A stretch of DNA of 62,781 nucleotides, counting the filler, from Globobulimina sp. (Eukaryota): NCBI GenBank assembly GCA_003354225.1. It is 31 parts of 31 records of this genome, joined end to end, with 100 filler letters (N's around TTAATTAATTAA, not from the genome) between each part and the next. Parts side by side here need not be neighbours in the genome. Positions count along the whole stretch, not along the records: positions 56,801 to 58,727 come from PIVH01010509.1; positions 58,828 to 60,754 come from PIVH01010510.1; positions 60,855 to 62,781 come from PIVH01010511.1; 28 more parts are not named here. One strand, given 5' to 3'. Under the pieces are notes generated by a model. The model was not told where the DNA came from. It saw only the letters and a list, made by a program, of their open reading frames with translations, and ran no database searches. Made by a program: the position numbers and the translations under genes. Of the stretch, positions 56,801-62,781 are shown in pieces (within the stretch, counting starts at the first letter, position 1; each line of letters opens with the position of its first letter).

Positions 56801-57077
56801 TGGAATTAGTTATAAACCAAATATATGGATTGCAATCTGTTTGTTGTTTAAGTATATTGGTAGATAAATTAAATTGCCATCTATAATATCGCCATATTGG
56901 TAGTATAAACAAGCACATTGATGCGGTCATTGCATAGTTTATGTAACTGAGAGCATACGGATCATCAAAATATTTGTCTGCAATTTGTACTGTTTCACCT
57001 AATGCTATGCTGGCGATGCAAAATGTAATTATTGCCAATTTTGCAATGTGTCCTGTTTTACGTTTTGTTGAAATCAT
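56801..57077 (-). CDS. Membrane protein N-terminus, possibly a DMT/SLC35-type transporter, 3' partial
   Basis: Two TM helices around FDDPYALSYIN. Confidence 0.45.
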
Positions 57078-57128
57078 TTGCAGCGATTTGCTTACTACTA
57101 CTGACTAGTGAGTTTTTTCCATCTGCAC

Positions 57129-58424
57129 ATGAACACAAAGTTTGAAGTTTGCATTGTTGGAGCTGGAGGAAATGGATTATGCGCAGCACATCATTTGCAT
57201 GAATTAAACTTTGAGAATATAACAATATTCGAAAAGACATCAAGAACTGGTGGCATATGGCATTACGAATCAGACCCAAACTTTCCTAATCCATTATATT
57301 ACAGTTTAACAACCAATTTGCCACATCGTTTGATGCAGTTTCCAGATTACGATTTTCCAAATCATCAAAGCATTGAAACCTACCCTCACCACACAGTCGT
57401 ATTACAATACATTGAATCCTATGCCAAACATTTTAATCTTACTAAGTTCATTAAATTTAATCACGAAATCATAAAAATTATTCCACTCTCATCCACTGCT
57501 GATACAAAATGGAAAGTCAGTTATTTAAATCATAAAAACAGAGCAATGCAAACAAAATTATTTGATGCAGTCCTTATTTGCAATGGACATTATGAAAAAC
57601 CGTATATTCCATCAATTTGTGGTCTACAAACATCTAAAATTAAGTGGATGCATAGTCTTTATTATCGATATCCAGATAAACACCAATTTGATAACAGAAC
57701 CATAGTAATTGTGGGGAATGCAGCATCCGGAAAGGATATTGGCTATGAAATATTTGTTAACTGTGAAAATTGTAAAGTTTATCATATTACGCATACAACC
57801 AAAAAACTTTCGAAAACAGTGATTCATAAACGATATATTTATAAATTAAACATTAAACAATTTATATCGGAACATTTTGTTTGTTTTGATGATGATGAAA
57901 TTATTAAACCTGACTTAGTTATATTTTGTACTGGTTATAAATTTTATTTTCCTTTTTTGGATAATACGGAATTTAATCAACATTCAATTATAAAAAATTC
58001 TGAATTTGGTTGCAATGGATATTGTGTGGATGGTTTATTTGAGCAATTATTTGTGCCCAATTTACCGACATTATTTTTTGTAGGATTGTTATACGTCGTT
58101 GTTCCATTTTTGGTGTCTTATTTTCAGTCAAAATGGATTGCAAAGATATTGTATGATGTAGAATATGTTAAAAATGCAAAATATGGGGAGTGGAGATCAC
58201 AATTTATGCCATCAACGGAAAAAATGAATGAGTGGATCATAAAAAATAAGCAAAATTCAGGTGCACGCTCTCAGCATGTTTTCCATGTGGCTCAGTTTGA
58301 TTATATGTTGAGATTATCAGTGTTGATGAAACAAGAAATTCTGCCCGACGCAAAAATTAAAAAATTGAAAAATAGCTATGTTCAAAAGCCAATAAAACCT
58401 GAATATATTCAATCAAAATTGTAA
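57129..58424 (+). CDS. Flavin-containing monooxygenase (FMO GS-OX-like) with C-terminal SKL
   Basis: FAD motif VCIVGAGGNG, FEK...GGIW, YYSLTTNLP, FDAVLICNGHY, HSLYYR, NADPH motif VGNAASG.DI and IFCTGY. Confidence 0.93.
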   Translation: MNTKFEVCIVGAGGNGLCAAHHLHELNFENITIFEKTSRTGGIWHYESDPNFPNPLYYSLTTNLPHRLMQFPDYDFPNHQSIETYPHHTVVLQYIESYAKHFNLTKFIKFNHEIIKIIPLSSTADTKWKVSYLNHKNRAMQTKLFDAVLICNGHYEKPYIPSICGLQTSKIKWMHSLYYRYPDKHQFDNRTIVIVGNAASGKDIGYEIFVNCENCKVYHITHTTKKLSKTVIHKRYIYKLNIKQFISEHFVCFDDDEIIKPDLVIFCTGYKFYFPFLDNTEFNQHSIIKNSEFGCNGYCVDGLFEQLFVPNLPTLFFVGLLYVVVPFLVSYFQSKWIAKILYDVEYVKNAKYGEWRSQFMPSTEKMNEWIIKNKQNSGARSQHVFHVAQFDYMLRLSVLMKQEILPDAKIKKLKNSYVQKPIKPEYIQSKL

Positions 58425-58520
58425 CAAAACATTTGTTTTCTTTGCTTTTTATTTCATATTCTGAGTGTCTATAACGTATATTTAAGCACTAAATATTATC
58501 TCCCGTTGTCACTGAATATC

Positions 58521-58727
58521 ATGCAAGCAGTGATAGCTGCCGCTGCTATTATTTATGGTATGCAAGCAGTGATTGTAGTAACGTGAATCTTTGAATGTGT
58601 TTAATTAAATTATCTTTGAATGTGTTAATTCAATATAGGCTTAGTTCATCGAAAAAAAGTGATAGCTGCCGCTGCTATTTTATTATGGTATGCAAGCAGT
58701 GATAGCTGCCGCTAGCTGCTATTATTT
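58521..58727 (+). repeat. Irregular tandem repeats of ATGCAAGCAGTGATAGCTGCCGCTGCTATT
   Basis: Full or partial copies at about 58521, 58560, 58658 and 58690, running into the contig end. Confidence 0.75.
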
Positions 58728-58827
58728 NNNNNNNNNNNNNNNNNNNNNNNNNNNNNNNNNNNNNNNNNNNNTTAATTAATTAANNNNNNNNNNNNNNNNN
58801 NNNNNNNNNNNNNNNNNNNNNNNNNNN

Positions 58828-60754
58828 GTGTCCACCTTCTTTTTTTGTGACACCACCAACACAACATTTACAACGACACCATTTTCTTTTATAACGTTTT
58901 CCAATTTCACTTTGTCCAATTTCGATTACAAAAAATAGAAATGAAATAAAGATTATATAAATAATTATAGTATCACTTAAATCAAATAATGCATTCATTT
59001 TAGTGGACCATTTCAAGACAATAACAGATACTCGAAAATATAAACAAATTAATGGTATGATAATTGCAACAGCAATAACGGCAACAACAATTCCCTTCGA
59101 TAACACTTTAAGCAAACATGCTGTAAATTTTTTAAAGCATTTTTTAAAGCATTTTTTAAAACGTTCCGTCGATGCAACAAAACCAATTCCAACACACACA
59201 ACGTAAACAATGGTAAATATATTTGTAATGTTGCTTGTTGCAATAGAATAATAACAATCATCCACTGGTTTGAAGACAACACCACAAACAAATGCTAAAA
59301 CTACATTCAACATCATAATTTTCTCCAAAATAAACCATAATATTGTTCTTCTTCTGCTTCTCTGTGTTACTGTTACAGAATATGAGATATTGATTTTTCG
59401 GATAAGTAAATAACCGATACACGAGGTTGTCCAAGAAAATATTATTATTATTGCTATATACTCATCACCAGAACAAGCAGGATATTTATTCATTATCCAC
59501 AATGTTTTTATAACAATTACTAAGATTCCGGCTAACGCTCCAGCAGTAAATACAGCTTTTAATCTCGTTGCCCACCCTTTAAATTTTTTGGCATTATCAA
59601 CATCCTTTTCATCAAATTCAGCATCATCAATCCTTGGAACATAAGCGACATTCGTGGCCAGTCTGCCACAACTGCATGAAATAAAAATTGATACCAATAC
59701 CATTGGTACAAATGTAATAAACCATATTAAATATGATGGCTGTATCTTGTCACTTACATTGGCACCAAATACACTTTCAACTGCATTTTTAAATGGATCT
59801 GGACAACAAACAGAACTAATATGCAATGTCACTGCGGTTGTCAGTATATCACTTAATGGCACGCAACCTAAAGGTGTGGTGCCTGATATATTCCATGGTC
59901 CACCTACCAACGCATTATTTTCTGTAAAATCAGTAATGCTCATCAGTGATATATCATCAGTGATGTTCATCAATATATCCCATACTTTACCTAAATCAAA
60001 AACAAATGTATAACCCAAATACAATGATAATTCAATTTTAGTAATTTTAAATGATGCCTGCAATGAATTTGGTCCGCATTCATATGCATTGGATGGACAT
60101 ATTGACGCACTCAATTCTGGCATTTCAACCCTAAATGGAATTATTAATTCTGCTCGAAGCCATGCAGCAAAGATTTCATATAACGCAGCACCAACAACGA
60201 GTTGCAGACTCAAATCAAAGCCCAATTCAATGGGATCACAACTATTTAAAATATCATTGCCTTCTTCACCAATTCCAAATGTCTTAACACATTCTTTTTT
60301 TGTTGTTTCAGAAACTTCAATCTTTCCCGTATCCCAACTATGAAAATAAATGCCTGTATAAATCCAATAACCGACCTCAAATTCATGGCGAAAAATACAA
60401 TTAACACCACTATGGATCTGAAATGGTATTGTTTTTATGGATGCATCCATTCCAATAAATGGTCTGATTATTAATGGTATGCCAGCAATGTATGGGGTAA
60501 ATGTTTTGCTCCAATCCAATATTTTTGCCCACGTCACAGTTAATTCAGCAGATATCTTGACGTCAAACCATGCTTTTGCTTCAAAAAATCCTTCAATGGA
60601 GAATTCAATATCGGTTTGACCATCGGCCAAATCAAAATAAAATTTAAAATTTAACCATACATCAAATTCAAATCCATATCCCCAATCAACATAAATCTCC
60701 CCTGAACCACTGACAGTAATATCGAGATCGCCGCTATTTCCACTTTCTTCAAAA
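58828..60754 (-). CDS. Large membrane protein with a beta-rich/Cys ectodomain and multiple TM helices, partial at both ends
   Basis: More than 600 codons open, with about 7 TM segments in the C-terminal half and a 12-nt tandem encoding FKKC repeats. Confidence 0.6.
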
Positions 60755-60854
60755 NNNNNNNNNNNNNNNNNNNNNNNNNNNNNNNNNNNNNNNNNNNNTT
60801 AATTAATTAANNNNNNNNNNNNNNNNNNNNNNNNNNNNNNNNNNNNNNNNNNNN

Positions 60855-61553
60855 TACCAAGCTGAATTATCACCCAACAGTGAGACCAGCAGCAGCAATA
60901 AATCTGAACCACAACAAGACGATATATCCAATTCATCCTTTTTGCTCTGTCGGATTACAATATTTTTATATGCACTCGTTTCCATTTTAGTGATAAAGTA
61001 TTTCCCCAATCCAGATAGGAGTCATATTAATGCAGCGTGGGAATCATGGTTTAAATTATTTATTTCCGTCAATATCATTGCATGTATCATTGGAATGGGC
61101 GGTGCCTACGTCAATAAAACACAATTGCTGTTTGTCTGTTGGGTGTTATGCACAGTTTCGATTTGCTTGACTGCCTTTTTGCTGCTCCCATATATATTTA
61201 ATAAAGAGAATGGCGTGGAATATGAAGCAACTTCGCGATGTCATGAATGGATGGCCGGCGACGAGAGATTCCCCCAAAAGTATACTTTGGAGCAATGTTT
61301 GGATAATATGAAAACTCAGTTGTTATGGACTGTTATTGGACTCTATGTTATTTATTCACTTGCGGCTGGATTTGGTATTCATATCATAAGAAATACTCAA
61401 ATTTATCTGCAAAAATGTGTAATGATAAATCAACCCGCAACAACGGACAGTAATGACGATACACAGAGTGATATTTCAAATTTGAGCGGATATCAAGAAT
61501 TGATTGATCCGCACAATGATTTTGACATTGAATTGAAACATAAAAAAAAATAA
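60855..61553 (+). CDS. Four-TM (tetraspanin-like topology) protein, 5' partial
   Basis: Four hydrophobic helices, with two Cys in the loop between TM3 and TM4. Confidence 0.5.
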   Translation, partial: YQAELSPNSETSSSNKSEPQQDDISNSSFLLCRITIFLYALVSILVIKYFPNPDRSHINAAWESWFKLFISVNIIACIIGMGGAYVNKTQLLFVCWVLCTVSICLTAFLLLPYIFNKENGVEYEATSRCHEWMAGDERFPQKYTLEQCLDNMKTQLLWTVIGLYVIYSLAAGFGIHIIRNTQIYLQKCVMINQPATTDSNDDTQSDISNLSGYQELIDPHNDFDIELKHKKK

Positions 61554-61667
61554 AAAAAATCCCTTGTGCTTCTAGTTCTCGTGCTGGTAATTTGAGTGCA
61601 AGGATATAGTACTTTGATTTTGAGCTGATTCATGACACAATTATCGAAACATTGAATATTTAAAATA

Positions 61668-62781
61668 TTAATTTGTGGCTGTATGACTATAATCATATAT
61701 TTGAAGTTTTTGATTGTTTGTTGTTGGATGAAAAGTGCAAGCAAGTCTGCCGGGATCTGTTTCTATAAGTTTTTGTAAATTTTGCTGTCGCTGATTTTCC
61801 CAGTTTTTCATTCTCAAATGGATTGGTGTTGCATCATGATGCGTATTTATAATTGTATCGGATTTATACAAGTTTGGTGTAAAAGAACACTGTTTTTTAA
61901 TATTTGCTTCAATGGCGGTGTCTGCTAATCCTTTGGCAATTTGATATCTAGTTTTTCTGATTGTTGCATCAGTGAACAGTTTATCAAATATAGAATCTGT
62001 TGCACATTTTGCTATCTTCTCTGTTTTCTTTTTCTTTATTTGTTTGTTGACTGCTTTATTTTCATTCAAATTATTTTCTTGTTTCGATGATGGTATATTC
62101 GGAGTTACTCGTTTTTTTGGTTGAGAAAGTCTGTCAAATATGTTTTTATTTGGAATGGATTTATTTACTTCGTTAACTTTAAACAGTTCGTTTTCTTCTT
62201 CAATGTGTAGCTTTATGCAACTTTTTAGTTGTATAATTTCTTGTTTTTTACTTTTGTTAATTATTTTTTTTTGCATATCTACATATTGATTTATTGGACC
62301 AATGTATTCTGATATATTTATATCATTTTTACTCTTTATATTATCTTCTGTTTTGATACTATCACTTTTTATCTCCATTTTGAGCATTTTTTTGTGTGAC
62401 AATATTGTCTGAGATTTTTTAGACATATTTTGCCTGCTTTTCTTGTATATTTTGGTATGAAATGCAAATGTTGCTGTTTCATCCAAACTAAGCAAGTTTT
62501 TTGAAGTTTGCTTGGATGGTTTTGATGATGAAGGAAGATTGATATATTTTATAATATCATCATTCGTAATGTTGTGCTTGAAAGTTAAACGATATATATT
62601 ATAATTTCGGTTAATTTGTTGTAACAATTTTGAGTGTTTCGGATTTAACACGTTTTTGCATTGTACAAATAAAATCCAATCAGTTTTAGATTTTAATGGA
62701 CGCGTTTTTCGTTTTGCAATTTGTTGTTTTCGTTTATTGTATGTTTGTAGCAATTTGCTATTTGTCTTCAATTTGTCACAT
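61668..62781 (-). CDS. Hypothetical Lys-rich protein with C[ST]F.P repeats, partial
   Basis: IFDRLSQPK, IFDKLFTDA, CSFTPNL and CTFHPTTN resemble repeats seen in protist cytoskeleton-associated proteins. Confidence 0.5.
   Translation of the reverse strand, partial: CDKLKTNSKLLQTYNKRKQQIAKRKTRPLKSKTDWILFVQCKNVLNPKHSKLLQQINRNYNIYRLTFKHNITNDDIIKYINLPSSSKPSKQTSKNLLSLDETATFAFHTKIYKKSRQNMSKKSQTILSHKKMLKMEIKSDSIKTEDNIKSKNDINISEYIGPINQYVDMQKKIINKSKKQEIIQLKSCIKLHIEEENELFKVNEVNKSIPNKNIFDRLSQPKKRVTPNIPSSKQENNLNENKAVNKQIKKKKTEKIAKCATDSIFDKLFTDATIRKTRYQIAKGLADTAIEANIKKQCSFTPNLYKSDTIINTHHDATPIHLRMKNWENQRQQNLQKLIETDPGRLACTFHPTTNNQKLQIYDYSHTATN

Noticed and set aside
1931-60854. TTAATTAATTAA recurring about every 2028 bp as a biological periodic repeat
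   Set aside because: It is always centred in 88 Ns, so it is an artificial six-frame-stop linker. ORFs running into X tracts and cross-contig gene neighbourhoods are artefacts.
1-62781. tRNA, rRNA, or an alternative genetic code
   Set aside because: No cloverleaf or rRNA-like segment was recognised by eye. The frame breaks examined in conserved genes are explained by GT-AG introns or decay, not stop-codon reassignment.

Overview
This window is not one locus. It is 31 unrelated contigs of 1927-1930 bp, sorted by decreasing length and joined by identical 100-nt linkers (44 N + TTAATTAATTAA + 44 N), so adjacency across linkers is meaningless and most genes are partial. About 29 contigs look like an AT-rich protist nuclear genome with short GT-AG introns (34-116 nt). 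Expanded MYND fingers, 7TM proteins, UBA domains, PT/PS-repeat Cys-rich secreted proteins and a divergent actin suggest a foraminiferan/rhizarian, but that is inference. Recognisable eukaryotic genes include a DnaJ/X-domain chaperone, a PWWP protein, GST, a CDKN3-like phosphatase, an actin paralogue, EIPR1/TSSC1, HAT1, an MMPL transporter, Exo70, lipin, cytosolic SerRS and an FMO. There are also non-LTR retrotransposon and hAT fragments. Two contigs are prokaryotic: 2031-3960 is a phage-like array of tiny genes, and 18264-20192 carries an IS481 element plus an ABC transporter. The two most interesting unexplained structures are (i) a CRISPR-like array at 23551-23932 of four 46-nt palindromic repeats with distinct 50-95-nt spacers, whose core folds on the minus strand into a GA-sheared, NNA-triloop hairpin with a compensatory change and recurs three more times nearby; and (ii) a 26-nt start-associated repeat that supplies the RBS, the start codon and sometimes the upstream stop for four phage minigenes.
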